Source: Bugula neritina
Taxonomy: Eukaryota > Animalia > Bryozoa
DNA length: 64,000 nucleotides
Direction of reading: 5' to 3'
NCBI GenBank assembly: GCA_964035545.1
Contig: OZ037772.1
Location: 8,044,889-8,108,888 of the forward strand
The translations under genes were made by a program, and so were the position numbers. The notes under the pieces were generated by a model. It was not told the origin of the DNA, made no database searches, and worked only from the letters and a program-made list of their open reading frames with translations. This document shows positions 50,601 through 60,711 of the stretch, one piece after another. The first letter of the stretch is position 1, and each line of letters begins with the position of its first letter.

Positions 50601-53600
50601 GCAAAGTAGAAACACAGATGAGTTATATTATATTATACTGAGTTATATTATATTATACTGAGTTATATTATATTATACTGAGTTATATTATATTATACTG
50701 AGTTATATTATATTATACTGAGTTATATTATATTATACTGAGTTATATTATATTATACTGAGTTATATTATATTATGCTGAGTTATATTATATAATGAAG
50801 CTCTTTCAGTAAATAATATCACCAACTGCACAAATTAATAACCTACAAAAAATACCACAGTAATATGATTTCACCACTTTAATTAATCAGCAACTTAAAA
50901 AGCAACTTAACAAGCAACTTATTAGGCAACTTAACAAGCAACTTATTAGGCAACTTAACAAGCAAATCAATCAGCAAATGAACCAACAAACCTTCTTTGC
51001 TGATATTTCCAAACTTTTTCTGCGGTGACAGAAAGCTGATATTGTATTCTAGATGGGGCATGAGTAGAAAGAGATTTGGTACTTTCTTTAGAATTATCAT
51101 ATCTTTACTATATCCAGTGATAGCAGCAGTACTACAAGTATATATACAATATATATTATATATCTAGTGCTGTACTATAAGTTTATATACAATATATAGT
51201 ATATAGTATATATAGTGATATAATATAAGTATATATATACAATATAGTATAATATATAAGTAACTGACTCATTACCTATCCATGCTCACAGATAAATTTT
51301 TTCCTAAATGCTGTACTTGAGATTTCAGTTTGACCAACTCATAATTTTTCTCTATAAGTTTATCATTTAGATACTCCAGTTTGCTTCCCATCCTTTCAAT
51401 AGACAAGGGTGCTGTAAATAGAGATTACGCACTAAGTAGCAGTGTCACTGCAATACCACACGGGGGTCACAGCCAACTACACACAGATAAAATTTGCGAT
51501 CATAATTTTTTATTACAAGAGAAGACAATTTTACCAACTGAATCCAATACAATTCCACAGTCATGTGTATAGTATATAGATTTAGCTGTGTTAATGTGAA
51601 ATATTACCTCTGATGAGAAAGAGGACAACCCTAACCAGTTTCTTTTCAACTTGAGTTATAATATATTTAAATAGAGAACTAAGTTAATTTCTAGGCGTGG
51701 GGCAGGGAATTCCCATGCATACGCATACATAATAATATGTTAATATGTTTTATGAGTCTAGTGCTGGGATTCCCCAGTAGCTTCTATAATCTCTAGTGTC
51801 ACAGTCTTATTCCTGGTGGACCCAGAAGTTTTTACAAATCATTTTACCTAATTTAGTACACACTAGACACAACTCTATAGGGGACACAACTCTAAAATCA
51901 GTTTGCTTCAGTCTAGCTAGATCCTTATCGGAGAAGAGTGGCTATTATAAAATATTGCTTCAGTTTGCTTCAGTCTAGCTAGATCCTTATCGGAGAAGAG
52001 TGGCTATTATAAAATATGCGGGTCATTTACTTAATTTAGTATACACTTGAGATCTCTAGCTTTTAGCTATTTTTCACAATTTTTTAATAAATTGGGATAT
52101 ACGCTATACTATGGTCTTTTTCATCATATATATATATTTAGCTCATATGACAACGCCGTTGCTCCTTAATGATGCAGAACCCCTCCCAGCCTTTTTTTGT
52201 TACGCATAGTTAGAATCGGCACATAAATTTACCCCATATAGTAAATTTTCATGAAAGTTGAGTAAAGTTCAATTTCTGCTCCTAATTTGCTAATGTGTGA
52301 CTAAAAAAGTAAAAGATATCAGGATGTAGTGAATTACTAGAAGACAGAATGCTCAATAATAATGCTAGTATGTGGAGATGTACGGTGAAATGACAAGCAA
52401 TAGAGAAATTGAGAAAAGCCTGTGTTCTTGATTGAAAATGTAGCCAAGGAAGCAATTTCAACCCCCACCCCACACTAAAATTCAATGAAAAAATAAAGAA
52501 CTTAGGCTATCTTAATTACTCCACTACTAATCCTACATGACCAGCAGACTCAAAAGGTTAGTATTCCGATATCGACTAAACTAACTGTTTGAGCAGGTTA
52601 CACACACCATTGCAATCATTTACAGAGATGTTACTGGTTATCAAGTTTATGAAATACACGGAACTAACTGCAACATGATGTGAATATGACAAACTTTCAT
52701 ATTTAACCAGGAAGTGTAAGCAAACCACACAGATAAGATTTGCCTTTAAAATGCAAATCTTGCCAATAGTAGCTCTCAACACATCTAGGTGAAAATTCAA
52801 ATAGACCGTGTAAAACTCAGCCAATCAGAGGTGTGTGTACCGACTCCTATATCGCACCATTATAACTTATACAAAATTTTCCAAACTGTTCATTTGAAAA
52901 ATAATTGTACAACTTTTGCTACGTGCATGAATTTATTTCATAACACGGGTTTTCAGTTCATTTTTTCGATTTTTAAAACTAATTGTTAGTTAATGGCAAT
53001 TTAAAATTGTAATTGTGCTGATAGACCCGAGTGAGTTATACCACAGCAGCTGTTGCTGCTTGACATAGGCGTGCCTCATTTTTATCGATACAATGTGAAT
53101 AATTTAGATCTCTGGCAGTTAGGCTGAATACTGAAGTAGATAAAAGATTCCAGTTGAAATTTGCATATGATAATTTAATATTTTATGAGCAATATAGCGT
53201 CAAATATTCTTTAAAAGCATTGTAACAGTTTTGAAGTTCATGAGAAATAAATGACGCAGAACCAGAAATGTTTGTTATAAAAATTATCACAAGTCAGTTT
53301 GAAGAGAAAAGCGTAATGACCCTTGTCCTAGCTAATCACAAACATCTATTATACTAATGTGACGGAACAGAGAGTATCTGTGGTCTAGAGACGTGTTTTA
53401 TATTGTGGAAAAAGAGCAAGTATGACTGAATAGAACTTTCTAACATTTAGACTAGCCTTTACTGGGATTCCACCCCATGACCTCCAACTATCAGACTATA
53501 GTCTAACACACTTTGCTGTATCTTAGGCTGTACCGTAAAATTTGAGCCATTTTTAATGTGTCCTGGCTGAAGTTTTCAAACTTCGCTATTGGGTACGATC

Positions 53601-54161
53601 TATAAAATCTCTTGGGACATTTATACCCAATAAGTTGAAGTGAACATCTTTCTGCCCAATAGGAGCCCGGCGCAATTTTTTTTAATCGAGCAGTGGCTTG
53701 ATCTTGACATACCACAACCCATAGAGGAAGGTCACAAATTTGTAAAAATGGATTAATTTTACGTTACGGCCTACGGTGCGGCAGAGTGTGTTTGGGCTTT
53801 AGGGGGTTTACCACTACTAGTTTTACCTCTGCCACGTTTGATAAGTAAAGCCATTTGTCTCTTGCAAAGACCAGCTAGGGACAGGGTAAGTGTGATGAAA
53901 TAGACAACATGCTGTCAAATTTTAACATTCAGAAATAAAATTTTAGTGAAAATATTCTATGTACATAGCCCAAGCTAAAAACTTCACGAAGTAAATATGG
54001 AGAACAGAGGCTAGGCCTTATAAACATCTCTCACCTGACTGGTTGAAGTCGTTGCCATTAGCTTCTGTATACGTCTGTTTAGGATAAAAAGCATAGAAGG
54101 TGATCAGACATACGCCCCATAATGAGCCGACCAAGACTGTCTTGACACTCAGTCTAGCCAT
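41598..54161 (-). CDS. MGAT4: Alpha-1,3-mannosyl-glycoprotein 4-beta-N-acetylglucosaminyltransferase (GnT-IV, GT54), whole gene, 13 coding exons, ~534 aa
   Basis: Type II TM anchor, coiled stem, [60 protein letters not shown] and a C-terminal lectin domain (NPAA..TSLKVYQ, FWA..P, W.IINE); exons join in phase (1605 nt). Confidence 0.96.
41629..41892. repeat. 28-bp minisatellite
   Basis: gacttgacaactt(a/g)acacagagtaatgt. Confidence 0.93.
42211..42570. repeat. 25-bp minisatellite, about 14 copies
   Basis: aacccagctgaaggtgggatagact. Confidence 0.93.
42571..42719 (-). CDS. MGAT4: MGAT4 coding exon 12
   Basis: [11 protein letters not shown]...WVIINE. Confidence 0.9.
42868..43086 (+). mobile_element. 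Full-length SINE family A with target-site duplication
   Basis: A/B boxes, T-run end, flanks atggaaacagttaca / atggaaacaattaca. Confidence 0.92.
43336..43475 (-). CDS. MGAT4: MGAT4 coding exon 11
   Basis: [24 protein letters not shown]. Confidence 0.9.
43492..43610. repeat. 17-bp minisatellite
   Basis: gtgagtaatgcagacgt. Confidence 0.92.
43631..43842 (-). CDS. MGAT4: MGAT4 coding exon 10
   Basis: DKDF...[16 protein letters not shown]...FWALNP. Confidence 0.94.
43838..44115. repeat. Degenerate ~70-bp tandem repeat (4 copies) spanning an MGAT4 acceptor
   Basis: tatcctatag..aaattattgtaaca...aattgg recurring at a ~70-nt period. Confidence 0.75.
44243..44558. mobile_element. MITE with GGCC(C/T)GGCCACAC TIRs (PIF/Harbinger-like)
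   Basis: ggcccggccacacactta ... aagcgtgtggccaggcc inverted termini. Confidence 0.7.
44621..44931. mobile_element. Foldback/MITE with ~37-bp TIRs and an internal hairpin
   Basis: ccctttagaattaagagttgcgtcctcccaaagtgaa / ttcactttgggaggacacaactcttaattgtaaaggg; internal inverted repeat at ~44775-44890. Confidence 0.75.
44975..45079 (-). CDS. MGAT4: MGAT4 coding exon 9
   Basis: [24 protein letters not shown]. Confidence 0.96.
45517..45732. mobile_element. Tc1/mariner (pogo/Tigger-like) MITE
   Basis: TA|CAGTACGCCCTCCATATC ... GATATGGAGGGAGCATTG|TA. Confidence 0.8.
46852..47009. mobile_element. Small MITE with GTTTCCAT..TTATGCnAATGGAT TIRs; related pieces near 7915-8044 and 42806-42860
   Basis: cgtttccatga..ttatgcaaatggat / atccattcgcataa..gatggaaacg. 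Confidence 0.6.
47452..47643. repeat. 32-bp minisatellite containing the MGAT4 exon 8 donor
   Basis: gactcacccttataatgatgagctgtaactgt. Confidence 0.93.
47641..47759 (-). CDS. MGAT4: MGAT4 coding exon 8
   Basis: KMFRS...[16 protein letters not shown]. Confidence 0.96.
48018..48556. repeat. 23-bp minisatellite, about 23 copies
   Basis: tacataagacagagtatataca(a/g). Confidence 0.95.
48567..48675 (-). CDS. MGAT4: MGAT4 coding exon 7 (EDD motif)
   Basis: LEDDI...[10 protein letters not shown]. Confidence 0.96.
49033..49108 (-). CDS. MGAT4: MGAT4 coding exon 6
   Basis: [15 protein letters not shown]. Confidence 0.96.
49329..49442 (-). CDS. MGAT4: MGAT4 coding exon 5
   Basis: [16 protein letters not shown]...GDSAER. 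Confidence 0.93.
49470..49681. repeat. 24-bp minisatellite
   Basis: ttcatgtgactttgggggattcca. Confidence 0.95.
49684..49884 (+). mobile_element. SINE family A inserted at the end of a 24-bp minisatellite
   Basis: Family consensus; the minisatellite unit resumes after the T-run. Confidence 0.88.
50350..50533 (-). CDS. MGAT4: MGAT4 coding exon 4
   Basis: [10 protein letters not shown]...[10 protein letters not shown]...VVMVAE. Confidence 0.93.
50619..50792. repeat. 20-bp minisatellite
   Basis: agttatattatattatactg. Confidence 0.95.
50992..51107 (-). CDS. MGAT4: MGAT4 coding exon 3
   Basis: [11 protein letters not shown]...LSP (compare VPSIYYHLPHL...LQP). Confidence 0.88.
51276..51411 (-). 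CDS. MGAT4: MGAT4 coding exon 2 (stem)
   Basis: Coiled-coil-like peptide, phase 1-2. Confidence 0.8.
51899..52017. repeat. 62-bp direct tandem duplication
   Basis: cagtttgcttcagtctagctagatccttatcggagaagagtggctattataaaatat occurs twice. Confidence 0.92.
52396..52535 (+). mobile_element. MITE family B (degenerate)
   Basis: gagaaattgagaaaagcctgtgttc...ctccactactaatccta. Confidence 0.75.
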
Positions 54162-54740
54162 ATCAGCAAGAGCACAGGCTACCTCGCGTGACCTTCGCTC
54201 ATGATCCAAGGCTACGAAGTTAGCGCCTACATACATAATAAAATAGTGAGTACACAGAGCAATGCTTGGCTATCATATATAATGGAGATGATGACACTAG
54301 TAAGAGAAACCCCACAATGCCCTTCAGGAAAACTGGTAACAATTTGTAATGTTTGTGGTATTTAAATATTGTTTGTTTCCTACAAAAAGAGAGCCTGGAA
54401 AAGATAATTCAGCTGAAAACAAGATAAGAGATGGCAACTAGTGCAAGAGCAGTAAATATAATATATCTTTACAAGATAGTGTGCTATCTTGTAAAAATAT
54501 CTTATATTCCCTGCTCTCGACTGTAGTCTGTCAACCCCATCAAGCACTGCTTGATTAAAAAATGTTGGGGGGGGATTCCTATTGGACAGAAAAACTTTTG
54601 CGTCAACTCATTGGATATAATTGTCCAATAAAGTGTCGTAGATCGTACCTAATAGCAGACTTTGAAAACTTCAGCCCGGACACATTAAAAATGGCTGATA
54701 TTTCATGGTTACAGGTTACAGCTTACATACGGTAAGTGTG
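53507..54740. repeat. Pair of ~200-bp inverted repeats (53507-53702 and 54539-54740) flanking the MGAT4 start-codon exon
   Basis: agccatttttaatgtgtcctggctgaagttttcaaa versus tttgaaaacttcagcccggacacattaaaaatggct; the alignment extends about 200 bp at roughly 75-80% identity (estimated by eye). Confidence 0.85.
54035..54161 (-). CDS. MGAT4: MGAT4 coding exon 1 (signal anchor [26 protein letters not shown])
   Basis: ATG at 54161; acceptor at 54227 implies an upstream UTR exon; donor G|GTGAG, phase 1. Confidence 0.8.
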
Positions 54741-55444
54741 AATGAGGGGATAATCTTATTAGTGGTTTATCATTCATTCTTATGTAGACTGTTATTTGCT
54801 TATTTCTACCACATAACCAGTTGTCATGGTATTTACTCATCCCCCGTTTTACTTGTTAAGTCAGTTGCCCGCTAGTGCTCTATCAATACAGTCATAGTAC
54901 ACAAACTATTTCAAATTCATGTTATCACAACCAAACACAAAACATAACAATGACATCAATAATGGCCTTTATTCGCATAATATAAATTGGGTCAGTGCAT
55001 TGCTACATCAACTGGTTTTTAAGAGTAATGTACATATGGTGGCGCTTTTGTATTGGCTTTCACAAAAGCTGCAATGTATTGTGTGAGCTTATAACAAATA
55101 GAAACCATACATCAATATTATGTTTACTTCAATGGCCATGATGCTGCTACTTTCTTAAAATCTCTAATTGCTCTGCAAATCTATAAGTTTACGGAGATGA
55201 CGCTAACATGGTGAGAATGAAACCGCTACAGCCATGGCTACTAATGATAGCACAGCAAAGGTTATTGTGGACTGAATACACAGAAAGTGATGACTTGCTA
55301 GCACAAGAAATAGATAACACTTTTTACTGTGACTGAGATGTTGATAGATTAAATGAATAAGATACAGTGGGCCGAGTAAATAAAATAATGACAAAACTGT
55401 CAATAAAGACTGATTATATGATCAGATAAACTAATGGTTACCAA

Positions 55445-55605
55445 CACTGTGAGAACCCCTGGTGGAAAGGGCTTTTCAAAGTGGGCTAAGGACTTGTTCA
55501 CATGTGGCACAAGAGTAATTATGACTGGATGCTCTTTCTAACAATACCAATGGCCTTTACTGGGGTTCAAACTCATGACCTCATGTTTACTAAGCCAACA
55601 CTCCC
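55445..55605 (-). mobile_element. SINE family A
   Basis: Reverse complement of the family consensus. Confidence 0.8.
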
Positions 55606-55664
55606 TGCTTTTCATTAGTACTCTATTTACTTTTTAAGAACCCACTAAGCTGGACACTATGACA

Positions 55665-55824
55665 TAGGTGCAGTAATAAAGAAATTGAAAAAAGCCTGTG
55701 TTCTATATTAAAAATGCAGCAAGAGAAGCTATGTCCCCACAAGAACTTTAGCCAGCGCCTCAAACAAATATTTAATAATAAAATCAAAGAACTTAGGCTA
55801 TCTCAATTTCTCCACTACTACTCC
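55665..55824 (+). mobile_element. MITE family B
   Basis: taggtgcagtaat...tctccactactactcc. Confidence 0.8.
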
Positions 55825-57569
55825 AACAAATCCGACATGCAAACAGAAAACTTATTATAGTAGACACTTTTTCAACCAGGTACTTGTCAACTCTGGTCAG
55901 ATAGACTCAGTTGGCATTCAGTAGAGAGTGGAGTGAAAATAGTGGAGAAGGAGAACAAATAATAAAGAGCAGATGGGGAGGTTGGGTAACAAATCTACAA
56001 CTTTTCAAATACTATCCCCCTGTTGGACAGCCCTGGTCTACAGTAACAACTTTTCACTATCTACAATCATCTGAAACTCTTTGCTACTCACTCCTATTAT
56101 TTGTAATGACAACCACATGGCATTTCTGTTTACACTAATATTATTAAATTGATTTAAACTGTAAGATGAATCATTTTATTTGGCACACTGAATTTGTCCG
56201 TTTTTTGTTAATGTGGGCTAAATAAAACAAAATAATACAGTTAAAACTGTTAAAACAGCGATTATTAGGCCAATTAATTATGAGATAATATAAATTATTG
56301 TGAAATATTTTATAGGTTATGAAAACATGGTTATTATTGATTACTAAAAGAAAATACCAACTGCTCTCTGTCTTTAAACTAAAAGACACACAAAATAATA
56401 GAGTGAAATTTGGGTAGACCACTTAGCCATTTGATGCAGTGCAGGGATGACAACTTCAACCCATGATAACTTTTGAAGTTAGTGTAAGACAAACATTTTC
56501 CAGTAGCAACACACCCTATCATCAAAGAAAGCTGATAATATGACTGTAAGTCAAAAAGAAGCCATTATATTCTAGCATATCCTCGTGGCAGATGGCCACG
56601 TACACCAAATATGATTCAGTAGTGATGAATAGTGTATTGGGTTGAAATAAGCACCAAATATGCCCGCATATCTTGCAGTTATACAAGACTTCGTCGTCAG
56701 ATTCACTGACCGCAAGTAGAAATCATGGCAATACTGGTAATCATTTAAAAACATACCAGCATATCAAATATCTCTGATTGAGTACTTGGATGAAAAACTA
56801 CTGGCTTAAAAACTTTAGCTAGTCTCAACTTTTCCAGAAGAAGGTCTTTAGTTTAAACAAAAGCCATGAGTGATAACCAAAATCATGTTCTCAAATAACA
56901 GAATATCATTTTAGCAAGACAAAGCTGCTTAAAACACTATTTAGGAGCAGTAGCGGAGAAATTGAGTTAGACAGGATAAAAGGAATGAATAGTTGTACTA
57001 GTAGAAAGAATGACGACACCCATATAATAACTGCGAATCATTGCAGAGTACCAGACTGATAAGAAATGTATTTCCTCCTCTACCTTCTAATATCCACACC
57101 AAAATAATAACCCTTTACAAAGAATAAGTCTAATAACAACAAACCTTAGGTTTGGGCATGCCAGAACAAAATGATGGAATACCTAGGAACAAGGTGCATC
57201 TCTTCAAAACATTTAAAATCAACAGAGAGTAGAACCAAAAAAGGTTTTTCACAAACGATTCCAAGAATCTAGAAAAAATTTACCTAAGGAATTTCATGTG
57301 ACAACCTGCAGAATTAAAATTTATTGTGATACAGAGTCAGTATAATAAAATTTCTATTGATACCCCCCTAAATTAATAATCACAATAAATATATTTATAA
57401 TGAATTAAAACAACGAGATTACCAACGAAATACTTATAATAAAATGTTACTAAATTAGTGAATAGGCTAAGGATAACTATAGGCTAACTATACCTAAGTA
57501 TACGTATTAGTCTAAATATTAGTATTATAATTATTACCATTAGTTTAACTATCAGTATTACTATTACTA

Positions 57570-57672
57570 TTAGTATTACTATGTCTATTATACTTGATAA
57601 AGTACAAAAATGAATAATATTATATTATTCATTTTTGTACTTTACTAAGTCTAATAGACATAGTAATACTAA
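57570..57672. repeat. ~51-bp-arm palindrome with a 1-nt spacer
   Basis: ...aaagtacaaaaatgaataatat-t-atattattcatttttgtacttt...; about 3 mismatches. Confidence 0.9.
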
Positions 57673-58299
57673 CACTAATAGTCACACTAATACTAATAAT
57701 TATAATACTAATAGTTATACTAATACTTACACTATTAATTACACGTACAGAAAACAAGTATACTTAGTAATAACTTAGTCTTATACTTATAGTATTACTA
57801 TTAGTAAAACTAAAAGTAGTACTAACACTAATACTAATAGTAATAGTAATTCTGAATTGCCTACGATGACTATTAGTATTAGATTTACTAATAATTATAA
57901 CTCTTTGACTATGAGACTAAGCATAACACTATGACTTATTCACTTATTGACTACCAGTATCACTACGGCTATAGCCTACAAGTACAAGTACAAGCCGTGA
58001 CGCGTGTCGGTGTACTCGATTACTAATCAAAATGATTATCATTACTATTAGTATTAGGATATAATTATTATTATCATTATATGCATTACGCTCATGCTGT
58101 AATTACTATTAGTATTAACATTACTATTGCTATTAGTAATATTAATAGTCATAGTATTACTATTAGTATTACTATTAGTAATGTTATACTTATAATAAAT
58201 AGTTATATTTATATTAACTATAACTATAACTATAAGAGTATAACTCATTAACTTTAAGTATCAGACTAACTCTAAGGTAATGGACGTAAAAGTAGTTAC

Positions 58300-59300
58300 T
58301 CATTAATTATTAATTACATATATCGATATACTTACAGTCAATGTCATTTTAAATCTTAGATCAATCCGGTATAGCTATATCAGTATATGTAAATCATGTA
58401 ATAGTAATGGGACTAATTGTGGAAACTGCTCAAGGGCTTTTAGAATAAAATTTTATGATTCTCAATGCTAGTTGACTGTGACTCTGCTCGCTAAAGGTTA
58501 GCGGACGTTAACGCTATTTAAACTGTATGACGGAGCGTAGAAGACTGGGTGCCCGTTTTTTAACTCAAACAAGTTAATGCAGGAAAATGAAGCTAGAAAA
58601 TGACGTTGTGTGCGCCAAAAGTTCTAAGTTCGGCACCGATTAAAATTTAATGTATTTAATGTATTCTTCTATTTAAATTTCTACGCGAAAGTAGCTTAAA
58701 ACAGTACCGAGTTAGAGGTGAATGAGTACAGTACTTGAGGGCTTCAAGTTTGAAGTGAACTATTTAGAGTCGAGTCAACAATGCCTATACAAGTACTGTA
58801 TTCGATCAACTCCAACTCAGTGCTTGTTCTAGCGATATTCTGTCTACTTGATGAATTTGCTTAAAATATGGTTGCATTCATTGAAATATTATAACTAGTT
58901 TTAATTTCAAGGATGCGCCCAACTAATACTATTCTGCACTGTAGTATACTTTAAAAGTATAACCACACTTTTGACTCGCGAGTGGAGAAAACGAAATTAA
59001 AATGCGTTTAAACAGACTAAATATTTTATTTCATTCCAATTTATTTCATTTCAATGAAATTAATTTACTCAAACACTTGTAATTGTTTAAGTCTCATGAC
59101 CGTGACAGCCCTTGACTTTATGGTCGGACTTCCTAAAATCCATCTTTTCCTAACATGACCCAGCGTGATCTTTAACCCTGGAAAGATCCACAACCAACGA
59201 TGGTATTCAAACACTGCACTGCACTAGTAGCCCCAAATTTTGTGCTGCATCTAGTCATTCCCTCGTCGCTCTGATCTTGGAGAACAAATGAGAAGTGACA
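58300..59300. promoter_or_regulatory. Probable divergent promoter region between MGAT4 (-) and ZER1 (+)
   Basis: Head-to-head gene layout; CpG-enriched patch; TATCGATA (DRE-like) at 58321, GCGCCAAAA (E2F-like) at 58612, ACTCGCGAGT palindrome at 58974; minus-strand GTAAG donor at 58335. Confidence 0.4.
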
Positions 59301-59613
59301 AAATACATCATACTGTGATCAGAGTAATTCGCTGGTAGTAGCAGTAGTACCTGTACTACTACTAGTAAACCTTGTAGCAGTTGTCATACTCACCCATATT
59401 GGTACTCATACTTTCATACTCGTAACACTCATAGTCATACTGACATTTATAGTGATACTGAAGAGTAAGTATAACACTTAGTAAGTAACTTACAGTTTGA
59501 GTTACTCTTACTCTTAGTCTTACTCTTACTCTTAGACTAAGACAAGTTAAAGTTTACGCTTACAGTTACACTTTGACAGTGATTCACTAAAACTTTTTGT
59601 GAATTACTGTCAG

Positions 59614-59652
59614 AGTTTTACATTTACTTTTAGTAAAAGTAAATGTAAAACT
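59614..59652. repeat. Perfect 19-bp-arm palindrome
   Basis: agttttacatttactttta-g-taaaagtaaatgtaaaact. Confidence 0.92.
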
Positions 59653-60711
59653 AAATCTAATAGTAATACTAATTGTACAAAATAATAGTAATACTACTAC
59701 TAGTAGTAATTAGCAGCACTCGCACTCATAGTCATAGTGATAGTTATACTCATACTCATGGTGATACTGATTGTCATACTCATACTAAGAGTAAGTAACA
59801 ACCATTAACCACACTGATAGTGATACTTATACTTATGGTTGTACTTAACTTATAGTTATAGTATTAGTTATACTAATAATAATAGTGATACTAATTAGCA
59901 ACACTCGCGCCCACACTGATACTAATACTGATCTGCAACTGTTCAACTCACAACTAATTAGTATTGCCATACTAATTTAGAAATAATAACACTCACACTG
60001 ATCAATAAACATTGAAGATTTGATATTCATATTAAGTTCAAATTGAACAAGGTAAAGAATTGCGTACATGTTTAACTTTATGTTATGGAAATTGCAAGCA
60101 GTAGAACTGAGTCTGATGTGTATCTGACTATCAGTTATTGTTCAGCCAATTATCATTATGCTTTACATTTAACATAAAACACTGCTTAGGCATAATCATT
60201 ACTTATATTTTATATAAGTTTGCTGTTGTTTTACCACAACTCTTTTAGTTTTACTGCTCTGATTGTTTCGGAAATATGCCTGCTATTTAACCGTGACAGT
60301 TTTTCTGCCATTATAACTACAGTATTACTATTTCAACAATTATTAAAATAACAGTAGCTGCTCCGTATATAATTGGGGTAAATGGTTTAAATAGTAGATA
60401 TATTTTGGAAATTTTATGTCTAAATATTAGCCGATGTGTAGTAACTCAATCAGTGATGGGTCAAAACATGTTATCATCAAACTGAATAAAAGTTAAACAG
60501 AGTTTTTGCCATCAATTGTGTGTTAGATAGTCAAATCAGTGTGCTTTGCTTCAATTTATAGTTTTTTATTTGGAAGGTATACTTACTGTAAATACAGTTG
60601 ACTTTATAATTATCGGAATTAGTGTGAAAATCAATTAAAAATGATCAAGCATGATGTAAATTATGCGCTGATGATGTCATGCTGTAGATTATTTACCCGA
60701 TGTAGAGCATC

